From Octopus bimaculoides (taxonomy: Eukaryota), in contig NC_069003.1 of assembly GCF_001194135.2 (NCBI RefSeq), positions 18,865,148 through 18,929,147 of the forward strand: DNA of 64,000 bases. The letters run 5' to 3'. Each line of letters begins with the position of its first letter. Position 1 is the first letter of the stretch. The translations under genes were made by a program, and so were the position numbers. The notes under the pieces were generated by a model that worked only from the letters and a program-made list of their open reading frames with translations, ran no database searches and was not told where the DNA came from. Below, piece after piece: positions 1-13,074 of this stretch.

Positions 1-70
<70 letters not shown>

Positions 71-559
71 ATGTGGCGTATTTTGAGATATAATTTGTAT
101 GTGTATGTGCAATGACATTCTGCTGTTACATGTGCAGTCATGGCTTGCTGTCATACTCAGTGACAGCATGCTGTTATATGCATCTCATGTGGCTGGATGG
201 CATTGGAAGCATACTGTTTGGTGTTGAATGTATAAAATGCACACACTATTTTGCTGAGTGGCAATAAGTGCATTTTGATTGCACCACTAGTTGAATGTTT
301 GAGGTATTCTCCAGTTTTCAGTTTATTTAATTCACTATTCCCCTCAGTAATAAACACTGCATCTAAAAGAGTGAGATAACATTTTATTTTAGACATCATC
401 ATTATATCATATCATATATATGTTGTATCAAATATCTCATTCTTTATAATGTTTCATAATATCAGTTATGTCATTTGGTTGCTATGGTAACAATCATTGG
501 TCTCCGAATGAATGAACAACAGTTCAAAATTTCATTAGTTTCCAACACCATTATCTCAG

Positions 560-644
560 AAACCCGTCTCTCTTACACTGTCATTGTAGCAACAGTGGTA
601 GTTGTAGTGATTGTGGTATTAGTGACAGCATGTATCTACTACAG
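560..644 (+). CDS. Candidate transmembrane-domain exon of an unidentified type I membrane protein (ETRLSYTVIVATVVVVVIVVLVTACIYYR)
   Basis: Acceptor ttatctcag ends at 559 and donor gtatac starts at 645; phase 1-2; about 22-aa hydrophobic run followed by YYR. Caveat: the Val run could be a degenerate GTN microsatellite. Confidence 0.3.
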
Positions 645-858
645 GTATACCACATACCACCAATTTTCTGGTAACTGAGGGTCCTGCATCCCCTTTTAAT
701 CTAGATGTAATTTTGAGTGGACATACGTTGGATTTTCTTGTGACCCACCAGTCTAGTTTGCTGGTGGTCACAAGTAATGCTGTGCTGTTTTGAATCTTCT
801 GAATATGTAGATTAGTAATAGGCAACCTATAGCTGATGGAACTTTCTGAATTGTACTC
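619..858 (-). CDS. Candidate terminal exon, unknown protein (EYNSESS...VVDTCCH*)
   Basis: Minus-strand acceptor aattttctgttag, then 79 open codons to TAA. No recognised homology; overlaps the + strand candidate above. Confidence 0.15.
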   Translation of the reverse strand, partial: EYNSESSISYRLPITNLHIQKIQNSTALLVTTSKLDWWVTRKSNVCPLKITSRLKGDAGPSVTRKLVVCGIPVVDTCCH

Positions 859-2857
859 CTAACAGAAAATTAGCTTAAATTTTTTTCAGAAGTGCAGCCT
901 GCCTGATGATGAACCATGTCTCATGCAGGCTGCTTTTTGAGAAATGGTTACCCATGCCTGGTTTAGATATTGGTGGCTGTTATGGTTGCAGTGAGTTTTG
1001 GGAAATTTCTAGTTTATTTTGTTCATGTTTATCACCTAACTATGGCTGCTAAGCTTCATGCTATCATCACTGGTGATGTAAACATAAAGACATGATACAA
1101 TTGAAGTGATAAGAGAATTGGACCATGGCATTTCAGTATCAGCCAAAGAATTAGAACATAACTTCATGATAGAAATACAAGAACTAGTGAACTTTCATTT
1201 GATACATGAAAATCAATAGAGGGAAGAGTTGAAGCAAAGAAAAGGTCTTCACTTCAATGATTTATTCAAGGGCATAGCCAAAACTAATGTCTTAGGAGTA
1301 GTGTCTAGTAGCTTCAATTCCTTCAACTTGACATAACCTGGATGTCAGATTGTGTCCCACCAGTAATAGCCATACAACACAACTCAAGCATTTTATACAG
1401 CTGTCAACAGTAAAACAGCCAACTATCCTAGCAGACCTGCTTCTTCGGAATTTTCTGATTACTTCTATAGGTCCATTTCGGGAGTGGCAAATACAGCAAG
1501 GTACTGTTTTTAAGAACAGAATATGTATCTGTAGGTGTTTAATTAAAAGTTTCAATCAATTTATAATGCTTTGGAAATACACTTTTCTCGTCCCACAGTG
1601 GCTGGTTCTCGTCCCACATTATTAATATTTACCAGTGAAACACTTGGGTCGATGTAATTGATTAGTCCCTTCTCCCCCAAATTTCAGGCCCTGTGACTAT
1701 AGTAGAAAAGATTATTATTATTATGAGACCTCTGTTAGCCTGACAAAATGGATAATTTAGCAAAGGCTTGGAACCAAGAGTGCCAGAAAATCGGTGGTGT
1801 ACTATGAGTTGTTGTTTGTGATTGATATGTGTTACAAAAATATGAAAATGGTTTAAAAAAATGAAATAGTGCTGTGCTGAATTTATCACCATCATCATCA
1901 TCATCATCATTATTATTAATAGCAACTGTCTTCATTGTCGTTATCACCATAACAATCCTTGTAAACACCACTTTTTCATTATCATTATCATGTCTGAAAA
2001 ATGCTAAACCAGTTCTAGTTATCATCATTCCTATAATTCATAATCTATTGACATATAAGATCGGAANNNNNNNNNNNNNNNNNNNNNNNNNNNNNNNNNN
2101 NNNNNNNNNNNNNNNNNNNNNNNNNNNNNNNNNNNNNNNNNNNTATATGACTAGTCCAATGCTTCCATGATATTTTGGCAATATAGGATGATGACAAAAT
2201 AATATGATGGTTTATTTTCATTTCATTGAGAATTTGTTATAACCATTAGCATTTATTTGCCACCTTCAATTCCACACATGGCTATATTTGTATAAGCTTT
2301 GTGCGTGTGCCATCATTTAGTATCTTCTTTTCCATGCTGGCTTGGTTGAATAGTTTTACATGAACTGACAAACGGAGCTGCAATCTCTGTTTTTATATGA
2401 TTTCTACACTTGGATGCCCTTCCTAACATACACATATACATGCACAAATATGCACAAGTCCTTGAGCATGTACACACACACATACACATGAGTGGGTACC
2501 CATGGTCATCTTCTTGCATTTAGATTTGTCAATAAAAAAAATCACAATTAGAAAAAGTAGCTTTGAATATTTATCCAGTTTGGCTGGTTTGATTAAACAA
2601 GGTGAGCCAAAAGATACTAAGAGGTATATTTAATGACTCATATTGTTTTTGTTTTAAATTTACAACACCACATCATATATAGTACACACACACACATACA
2701 GCATATATGGGAATTAAATGTAGGCTAAGTGTAAAAAAAAACCATGTAAATAAAAATACAAAAAGAAAGTAATTTAAAAAGAATTTATTAAAATTTTAGA
2801 CCCCTTTGTGGCTTTGGCCCACTCTATAAGATCAAAAATGTCTTTAAGTTCTCATTT

Positions 2858-3084
2858 TACCCTTTAGCATTTAAACCGTCCATATCCGGCCAAAAGTATT
2901 TTGCCTGTTTTATGTTCAAACTGGCCAGATCTGGTCTCTCACACCAGCCCTACAATATCGTTTTAAAAATTAACAGCTACCTCATCAAAATCTCATAGCT
3001 ACAAGATAATGCATGATTAGTTCAAAACAATGTGGGTAAAAAAGCATTAATTTTGGCAGAATAATGCGAACACTAAAGGGTTAA
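2858..3084. mobile_element. piggyBac-like MITE, family A
   Basis: Starts ccctttagcatt and ends cactaaaggg-TTAA. Related copies near 8810-9026, 13491-13697 and 17980-18127. Confidence 0.6.
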
Positions 3085-3580
3085 GTATGGGTACAAGAAT
3101 GGCTGTGTGGTTAAAATTTCACTTTGCAACCACTTGGTCTTGGGTTTGCTTCCACTGTGTGGCACCTTGGGCAGGTGTCTTTTAGCATAGTTTTTNNNNN
3201 NNNNNNNNNNNNNNNNNNNNNNNNNNNNNNNNNNNNNNNNNNNNNNNNNNNNNNNNNNNNNNNNNNNNNNNNNNNNNNNNNNNNNNNNNNNNNNNNNNNN
3301 NNNNNNNNNNNNNNNNNNNNNNNNNNNNNNNNNNNNNNNNNNNNNNNNNNNNNNNNNNNNNNNNNNNNNNNNNNNNNNNNNNNNNNNNNNNNNNNNNNNN
3401 NNNNNNNNNNNNNNNNNNNNNNNNNNNNNNNNNNNNNNNNNNNNNNNTTCAGCTGAATGAACTGGAGCAATGTGAAATAAAGTGCCTAGCTTAAGGACTC
3501 AGTATTCCACTGTCTGAGAATTGAACACATAACCTTACTGTTGTGACCGCAACACCCTAAGAACTAGACTGTGTGTGTGT

Positions 3581-3644
<64 letters not shown>

Positions 3645-4085
3645 GTATGTCAGCAAATGACATAAACACCTGCAAGAAACCATTAGAGATGAAATTCCTG
3701 TATCAAGTTAATGACATCTCTGTCAGCCATGCTGTCAAAAATATAGAGCAGACCAGTGATTGGTCTGTTGGATTACTGAAATCAACACTGGCAATATGGA
3801 ATAGAAATATATGCCAAGTGTTTAAGTTTGAGCTCTAAATGATTAGTTAGTTATATATTTGTTTATTTAATTAATCTAAATGTCTGTGTAAAGCTGGTAA
3901 AGTATGGCAGACTGAAGAAGAGACATATCATGTGTGTATATATATAAACAAACTTTTGTTTTTATTAGAAGCATTTGAATGTATATGATACAAACAAGAA
4001 GGTGATATTTTTTCAAGTGTAACATTGCTGTTAGAACAGCAGAAATAATGGGTAAATAATCCTTATAGGGCAATGTTATGTTCGG

Positions 4086-4126
<41 letters not shown>

Positions 4127-4137
4127 CACTTATATGA

Positions 4138-4196
<59 letters not shown>

Positions 4197-5119
4197 CAAC
4201 AACAACAATAATAATCATCTGAGTATTCACTTTCCTTTGCCTGCATGGGCCAGACAGCATCTTATACTCGAGATTGCTCCAGTCTGGCCAGCCCCAAGGA
4301 AAAACTAAGCTAAGAGCATTAGATTCCTTCGAAGAAAGCAGTGAATGTATACGGAAAAAAAAATGGAAAATGTTACACAAATACAAATAACAGGACATAA
4401 CAGATGTCTTTCAACTAAGGATGAATTAAATTAAGCTGGTGTGTGTGGAAATAAAGCCTTACAGCTGGGATACAAGATTTCACAGGCACAGGGAGGAATA
4501 TAGATGTTACATGGATGACAGCCGAATCAAGAAAGAAAGATCAGGCTTGGCCGAACACCAGTTACGTGGGGAGAGAAGAGAGGGAAGTAGAGGCAGAGGG
4601 ACAGAAGAATTAAGGAGGGGCGAGAAAAAATGACAGGGACACAGTAAAGTGAAAAGAGGTGGGAAAGTGAACAAGAAAAGAAGGCAGGGAAATGTGAGAG
4701 AGGGGGAATGAAAGAACAAAGAGTAAAATGAACGAATAAGCCTGAAAGGGTTGATAGAAAGAAGAATAGAGTCGTACAAGATTTAGATAAATATATACTT
4801 ACATAGAAGAGACCAAAGTGTACGTACGCCGCTACAAAATGGGACAAGAACGCAAAACATCCAGACAGTTAGGTGATACAAAAAAGGGACAAACAGATAA
4901 AAGTTATTTAATTCATCAAGCATAATTAGTAATGATCCAAGAGTAACACTTTGTTTTACTCTTTCTTGAGACATCTTTGAGTATATGGAGGAGAGTTGAA
5001 CCATTGCAATGAGCTGAAGCATTCTGGAAGGCCAAGGCATATTTTTAAGGACTCAGATAAAAATATGTTTGTGATTCATACGATTAAAAGCATTTATATT
5101 TCTGTGTCTTCAAGCAAAG

Positions 5120-5188
<69 letters not shown>

Positions 5189-5679
5189 TGCTATCAATAA
5201 ATTAAACAGGTTTAGTTCACATGTTCAGATTGACCTTATTTTTTTGTTTGTTTGTTTTTTTTGTCCCTCTATGATATGGGTTAATACTACTCCCTTATAT
5301 CTGCATCCTTACAAATGGTTGGTTCTTTAGGCGTCATCCAAAGACAATAAAAATTGGTGGTTGCAAGGAGAGGAGTTAGAGAATTTTTTTTTAGGTCATG
5401 TTCTTTTGTATTATTAACTTCTTTTAATTAAATAAATGACATAGCTTCACATTATTATATAATTATAATAATTACTTAGTGGAATCATTATAGCATTGGA
5501 GTCAATGTGTGTTATTGGTTCAAGCTTTTCATCTTTCATCTTTCATCTTGTCAGGGTCATTATTTAAAGTACCCACCAAAAACTGGGGGTCAAAGTAATT
5601 GATTATACACCACCCCTCACCTCCAGTTTCTGGCTTTGTGTCTCTTTTAGAAATTAAGGTGGTACATTGGTAGAATTGC

Positions 5680-5900
5680 TTGAGTGGCAGATAGAATGCC
5701 TTGTGGTATTTGTTCTGGCTCTTTATGTTCAGAGTTGATATCCCACCAAGGTTTAAACATTGCTTTTTATTGGGGAGTCCTTTTGGTGTTGATAAAATGA
5801 AGATAAAGCATGTATCTTGTATTGGGCTCAGTGTAATTGACTAACCCACCTCCCTGTATCAACTTTCAGGCCTTGTACCTAATAATATTAGTATTAGTTG
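5680..5900 (+). mobile_element. tRNA-type SINE (family 2: ...ctgagttcaaat...actttgcctttcatcc...gataaaataagtacc...)
   Basis: Matches many dispersed copies in the window, e.g. 7310-7465(-), 9085-9275, 16741-17390, 18680-19110, 19330-19520, 60540-60690(-). Confidence 0.7.
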
Positions 5901-6715
5901 TTGTTTGTTGTTGTTGTTGTGGTCATTCTGATGGTTGGATGGCAGAGGCAGAGCAACAGTTAAAACATACAGCACTATTGAGTTCTTAATATGTTTAATG
6001 TTCTGAGTTTAGGCACAACTGAGGTTGACTTTGTTTTTCATCTCCTCTCATCTTCTCAGGGTTTTATGTAATTGTTAAATTACTAATGAACTGTAGGGTG
6101 TCATCTAATCAATTATTCAATTACACCCCACCACCACCATCAAATTACTGACCTAATGTCAGTAATAATAATCATCCTCATCATCACATCCACTTTTATA
6201 TAGGAGCATACATAGCTATGCTATGTGGTAAAGAAATTTGCATCCCAACCATATAGTTTCAGGTTCAGTCCTACTGCATGATGCCTTAGACAAATATCTT
6301 CTACTATAGTCTTAGGCCAACCAAAGCCTTGCAAGTCAATTTGGGAGACAGAAACTAAAAAATTTATACATACATAAAACTATCTACTTGTATGTGTCTT
6401 CACATTATGTGGTAGTTGTAATCAAGCCTCACTGTCATATAAGTAGTGGTGTTTGTTTTGGAACTTCCCTGAAAACATACCTAGGCATGGGGAAATATTA
6501 CTTTGTTTGAAAACGTGAAGCAAGGATTGGCAGCCAGAAGGTTATCTGGTTGTAGATAACCTGCTTCAAAACATTGTCCGATCCATGCAAGGATGGAAAA
6601 ATGAACATTAAATGATGAGGATGATGATGATAATGAACAACAATCTTTAATATTTTAAGATGAAAAACTGATCAAAGAATGGCTACATGTATTCCTACTT
6701 GATGTAACATTTTAC

Positions 6716-6883
6716 CAGGACTGTGGAGTCGGAGTCCTGGAGTTGGAGTTGGAAACAATTAAGGGGTAACTGGAGTTGGAGTCAGTATAATAGACCACAA
6801 TTACTTAATTACATAGAGGAGTCAGAGGTGTTAATAATAGAGGAGTCGGAGTCAAAGTTCTTTGTTTTGATTCCACTGCTCTG
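6716..6883. mobile_element. hAT-like MITE with 8-bp target-site duplication
   Basis: Imperfect TIRs caggactgtggagtc / gattccactgctctg; identical flanking CATTTTAC at 6708-6715 and 6884-6891; internal ggagtc/ggagtt repeats. Confidence 0.8.
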
Positions 6884-8399
6884 CATTTTACATTGAGTCA
6901 CACAACTCTTCTCTACTGCCTGAATTGTGTACACTTGATGAATAATGTTATTAAACTCTCCTAGCCCCATCTCCTTTCTCTCTTACTCTCTCTCTCTACT
7001 TCTTCCTCCCTCCCTCTCTCTCTCTCTCTTTCTCTCCCTCTCTTTCTCTTTCTGGATATACTATTTGCTTAAGGCTTTCAGAAAATTCTTAATGTTCCTC
7101 AGTTACATTGGTTATTGTACATCAGAGTTTTGGGAGATAATACCAAATGGCACTCTTAAAAGACTATGGCCAAATATCAGGAAAGCCCAAAATATTAGAA
7201 CTACATACACTGTCAACCTGAAAGTAACTGATTCTTTTTAAACTCTTTCAAAGTTACAAATAATACAACAAATTTTAATGAAATCTCAGGTTTCAATAGT
7301 TGATTACATTGACACCAGTATTTCACTGGTATCTAATTTATTGACCCCAAAGGATGAAAGGCAGAGTCAACCTCAGTGGAATTTGAACTCAGAATGTAAA
7401 GACTGACAAAATGCTACTAAGCATTTTGCCTGGCATGGTAATGACTCTGCCAGCTTACCACCTTAATGATGATGATGATGATGATAATAATAATAATAAT
7501 AATAACAACAACAACATTAGTAATAGCAATAATAATGATGATGGTGATGAGGAATATTTAGGTATGACGCCAACAATTTTGAGGAGAGGGTGTTTAGTTG
7601 GCACTATAGACCTCCAGTAGTTGACTGGTAATAATTTTTGTTAGGTACAAGGAATCAAGATGGTACAAAGGTGGAATATGAAAGAAACAATAGGTCTGTA
7701 TTTAAATTGATTGCAGACTGGCAGTAATAACTTGGAGAAAGGACATTAAATTCTGCTAGGATTTTAACTACAGACCAACCAATTTCACTACTCTCAGCCA
7801 CCTTTCCACTCTCTAACCTTCCTCTTTAAGTGCTACTTAAAGAAGTTGATAGGGTTCGGCCTGACAGGAAAAGCTCTGTACTCAAACTGTTCTCCCATGT
7901 CCACCACACAACTTCTTTCATAACAGTCATTCACCAAGCAGAGGAAGACTTCTTGATCTCTCTTCTTTGTGAAATGAAGGTAGTGGACCGATCTTTGCTA
8001 TAGACTCAGCCAATAGCTGAATGCATCCTTCTTTGATAACAACTGTTTCACATAAACCCAGAAATTGGTCCTTCATGGTCATTATACGCAATGATTTTTG
8101 ACACTGATACAAGACCAAAAATTCAGTGCTGGTGGGGTGGATGAGTATAGTTGATTTAATAAACAATCATCCCCCAGTACTTGACTGGTATTTATTTTCA
8201 CAGCCTCCCCTGCAGGAACAAAAGACAAAGTTGACCTTAGTGAAATTTGAACTAAACTAATAATAATAATATTTTCCTCTGTTAACCACTGAGGGATCAC
8301 ATAAAAACATGGGGATGGTACAGGACAGTACAATACAAATAAAGTGAGACTGAAATGTATAAACATAACAATAAAAATTCTAATAATTAAAATCCTCAA

Positions 8400-8620
8400 A
8401 AAGGGAGACTTCTAAAAGGCTCATGGAATCCCCACAAAAACCATGGTCACCCTGACCTTTAGAGCAAGTGTTCTCTCCTCTTCATTTGTCCTCGATATAG
8501 AGGCACATGCTTAGAGTTGGCTCGCTCACTTGGGCCATTCATGCTACATTCACCCACCTTTTAACAAAATTGCTGCAAGGCAGCACTCCCCTCTCTGCAG
8601 TTGATAAGGGCTTGGCCAAA
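8400..8620 (-). mobile_element. 3' fragment of the Tx1/L1-like LINE seen at the window end
   Basis: cacccaccttttaacaaaattgctgcaaggcagcac resembles cacccaccttttaacaaatttactgggaggcagtat at about 62286-62320; gtcaccctgac resembles atcaccctgac at about 62171. Confidence 0.55.
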
Positions 8621-9720
8621 GAGGAAATGATAATAATAATTGTTTAATGTCTACTTTTCTCTGCTTGCTTGGGTTGGATTGAGTTTATTGTGGCAGATTT
8701 TCTACAATTAGATGCTACCAATTTTCACCTGTTTCCAAGTAATGATAATAATAATATACGTACTGTCAGTTGCAATTATGTTTCTGCAAGATTCTTTTCC
8801 TTTTTAATCCTTTCGCATTCAGATTATTCTATCAAATGGAATGTTTATTTATTCACATTATTAAGAATTAATCATGAATTGTCTCATAGCTTAAAGATTC
8901 TGATGACATGATTATTTTTAGAATGACATCATAGAGTAAGTATGAGAAGCCAGATCTGGCTAGTTTGGACATTGAACAGGTAGAATATTTTGGCCAGATT
9001 TGGTCTGTTTAAATATTAAAGGGTTAGTAGATGTTATTGATAAGGATGTAGAAGTGAATTCAAGGACCTAGTATTCAGTAATGCTATAGCTAGCTGGCAG
9101 AACTGTTAGCATGCCAGACAAAATGTTTAGTGCCATTTTGTCCATCTATACATTCTGAGTTTCAATTCCACCAAGATTGACTATGAGTTTTATACTTTTA
9201 AGGTCAATAAAATAAGTACCAGTCAAGCACTGGGGTTGATGTAATAGACTATCCCTCTCCCCTAAAGTTTCGGGCCTTGAGTAAAATGGGATTATCTGAT
9301 AATTATTCTGCTTGTTCCTCTTTTACTTAGCCTGCCGTGATTAAAGGAGAGAGGGGGAGGGAGAGGTGGTGTTGAGTGAAATGTGTATTTTTTTTTAACT
9401 AAGTTTTTTCCTCCCCTACTTAGCTCATCTATAATGCTCACGTGATTAATTGAAGGGAAAGGTGAAGAGCAAAAGAAAAAGAGGGAGAGTGTTATGTATT
9501 AAGTCTATAGAATTATGCATAAAGTGTGTGTATATATATAAAGTGCATTATGTAATCATTGTATTCCAATTTCCTTCATTTTTCAATGATTAGCAGATGA
9601 GGGATTATCTTTTGATACAGACACAACACAGGCAATGCTTTCGGGTTTTTGGGATAAAGTTTTCATAAATAACCCAATAAGTTTACCATAAATTTAATGA
9701 AATATTCATGGGTCCCTCTA

Positions 9721-9779
<59 letters not shown>

Positions 9780-10935
9780 ATATCAGATTCACTCGAGCTA
9801 CACCATTTCCAAGTGTCTGGTTTATCCACAGATTATTGCTGTAGATTACCCAACATGAGACATACATGACATTGTCATCACCATCACTTGTTGTTGTTGT
9901 CATTATCATCATCATTATTTTCATCATCAGCTTCATCACCACCATCACCATTTTCTCCCTGTATTCAAATGAGAGCATGGGTTGGATGGGTCTGCAGCAC
10001 AGTATATACCATTACTTATTTTCATCTCTGAAAAATAATAAACCCTTCCCTGGTCATCATCCAGTTTGAACCCATCACTACTCCTATGTCTTCTAATAAC
10101 CTTCAGCTTAAAACATAGTCCACCATCCCCATTTTTACACTATTATCTAGTCCTTGGGGGCTTTTATTAGGCTTCACACTGTTGCAAACATTTTGACCAG
10201 AACCTCTGGAGTTTTCCACATTAGTGCATTTCCTGAAGATGTTCAAGCTGAACATTGGGACTGAGTACTGACTTTACCAGTGTGAGAAAGAAACTCTGCA
10301 AAAATCAGGACACTGCCGCTTCCCACCACCATCGCTTTTCACTAATAAATTTACAGACCCCCCCCCCCCCAAAAAAAAAAAACCCAACTTCTACTGTCAC
10401 TACACAGTACAGTATTAATCAGCAACCATCCACAACACATCATACATTCATAATAATGCAAATAACTCTTTCCTTTGCAAGCCAGTTGATTACCCAACTG
10501 CTCCTGTCTTCATTCACCCTAATGTCTTCTATCTGACTTGTAATTTAACAAAGCATATTCTAGCTGACTCATTTACCTGACTCATTTCTCTCCAGCCTCC
10601 ATAGAACCTAATATTCATTACCATATGTGTCACTATTGCACTATCGAACTACCATTCACACAATGCATCCTTCATACAATCTGTCTTATAAAACCCTCTT
10701 TCTGCAGAAATCAGATATATCCACTCAAAGTTTTGTTACCTTTTACTGTGGAAAGCTGTTTTATACATCAATCTATCATTTGTTGAGGAATGTTATGTTT
10801 GAAACGAATTTTTGTTGAGATATATCAAATTTATTGAAGCAACATGACTTGCAGAAAATACCAATTCTATTTTTGGTAGATATTTAACATCCATTACTGG
10901 AATAATCATGTGGTTTAGTTTTGCAGTTAAAGAGT

Positions 10936-11304
10936 TAACCCTTCTGGTATATACTCATCTGAAACTGTCTCATTGTTCTGTGATACAAATTCTCTTTTTT
11001 AAATTGATCTAAATGGAACTCAACCAACAAAATTTCAAGTTAATTTATGTTCCAAACACTAGTTTAATAACGAAGAATTAAATTCTTCATTAATTTCAAA
11101 ATTAACTGAAATGAAGTTGAAATACAACTGCTTTTGTTCCAGTTAATTCTTAAAAGATGTAATAATTTGGTAAAGTAACTAAGTCATTATTAAGCTTGTG
11201 TCTGGAATGTAACTTTTTGATGGAAGGGTATAAATTAAATCACTTTAAAATAGAAAATATGTATATTACAGAACCAGGGGACAGTTTGTATCAAAAATAT
11301 TAAA
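10936..11304. mobile_element. Inverted (head-to-head) pair of piggyBac-like family B MITE monomers
   Basis: The left part read in reverse complement (aattttgaaattaatgaagaattt...gtgtttggaacataaattaac...gtatcacagaac...gaagggttaa) matches the forward monomer at about 11115-11304. Confidence 0.6.
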
Positions 11305-12800
11305 CACCATCACCTGGCACCATGAGTTGCATGCATTCAGGCCAGGTCTCCAGTTTATGAACACATTCCCCACCTCTTTCAAAGAAAGAAAAATGATTAA
11401 AAAAAGAAAAAACAGTCATCTGAACTGTGCCCTTACTTCTCTTTTAGTACATTTGATCATATTACAATTTCTTGTACCCTGTTAATCTGCCAGAGATTCC
11501 CCATCCTACCCATTCCCCACTTTTGTATTCCCATTGTTTTGCACCAAGTTACACTCCTTACCAAGTTCCAGCCCATTCTTTCCTTCTTTTCCCTCCCCAC
11601 ATATAGAGCAAGGTCACACCCTTGATGGGATGGGGCCACACTTTTACTAATTAGTATTTTTTGTCTCAGCTATGTGAACCTTTGAGGTTTTGAATTTTAT
11701 TTGTTTTTCTTCATCACTTATAATAAAAAAGAAAACTAGGTTGTCAAAATAAGAGCCACACCCCATATATTCATATTATCATATATACTATCATGTGATT
11801 GTGTGTGTGTGTATATACACATGAACACAAATAGGGAGAGATATTTAATTGCACCTGTGTGTGTGTGTGTCTCTCTCTATGTATGCGTGTATCTAGGTAG
11901 ATAGATAATACTTTGCTTGCTGACATTAGTTGTTCAGGTTGCCATTTTTATCTGAGTCTGTTCTTCTTTTGCGCTCCTGCCCACATAGGCTGATCAGTGA
12001 ACCACATTTTGCCTGTATGTTCCATTCTTGACTCGATTTCTATGCTGGACGTCCTTCCTAACACCAGTCACTGGGTAGAATGTACTGGGTGTGTTTTACT
12101 CATGGCATGAATGTTAGCTGTTGCCATAGCCTCACCTAGATTCAGGTCCTCCAGACTGTACTTGATCTGTTTGACTTTTGTCTATATTACAGAGTATACT
12201 CATTGTATTCTTTTTAATATACATCATCATCATCCCTGTTTTAATGTCTACTTTTGCATGCTAACATGGGTTAAACGGAATTCACTGAGGAAGAATTTCT
12301 ATGGCCATGTGTCCATCTTTTCACTGTCATTCACCTGTTTCCAAGTAAGATAATGTCTCCTCATGGGCCACATATATTTTCACAGAAAATGAACAAAGGA
12401 CACTACCTGCATGATAGTGCAAATAAATGCTTCCAAACATTCATTTACAATTATTACATAATGTCATGCAAAGACACACACACACACACACGCACACGCA
12501 CACACACACACACACACACACAATGGGCTTCTTTCAGGCTTTGATCAGCTTGGAGCAATTGTAGAAGACGCTTGTCCAAGGTGCCTCACAGTTGGCACTG
12601 AACCAAGAATGATGTGGTTGGGAAGAAAACTTCTTACAGCACAGCAGCACCTGTGCCAATGTCAGATTTATCTCATAATTTACATCATATACTAATATTG
12701 AATATACTGGTAGTTAATTCTATAAACTGTCTATAACATATTCATGCATATGTCATTGTCTATATTGCCAAATATTAAATTTACATTTCATCCCTTTGTT

Positions 12801-12844
<44 letters not shown>

Positions 12845-13074
12845 TGAGTGAGATAATTTCAGATTAGATATATCCTCATCACTTCTTCATACCAGATTAA
12901 TTCACATTATTACATTCCATAATTTATCTCACAATAGATTAATCCATGCTTCACTGTATGTATGTATGAATGCATGCATGCAGTATATGTATGTATGTAT
13001 GTAGTGTGTGTGTTTAATATTGAAACCCACCCTAACTTACTATATATGTATTGTCCAATATTACATTAATCCCT

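Noticed and set aside
3095-3195. tRNA-like A/B box sequences here and in many similar heads
   Set aside because: They are SINE heads continuing into SINE bodies, with no cloverleaf; not tRNA genes.
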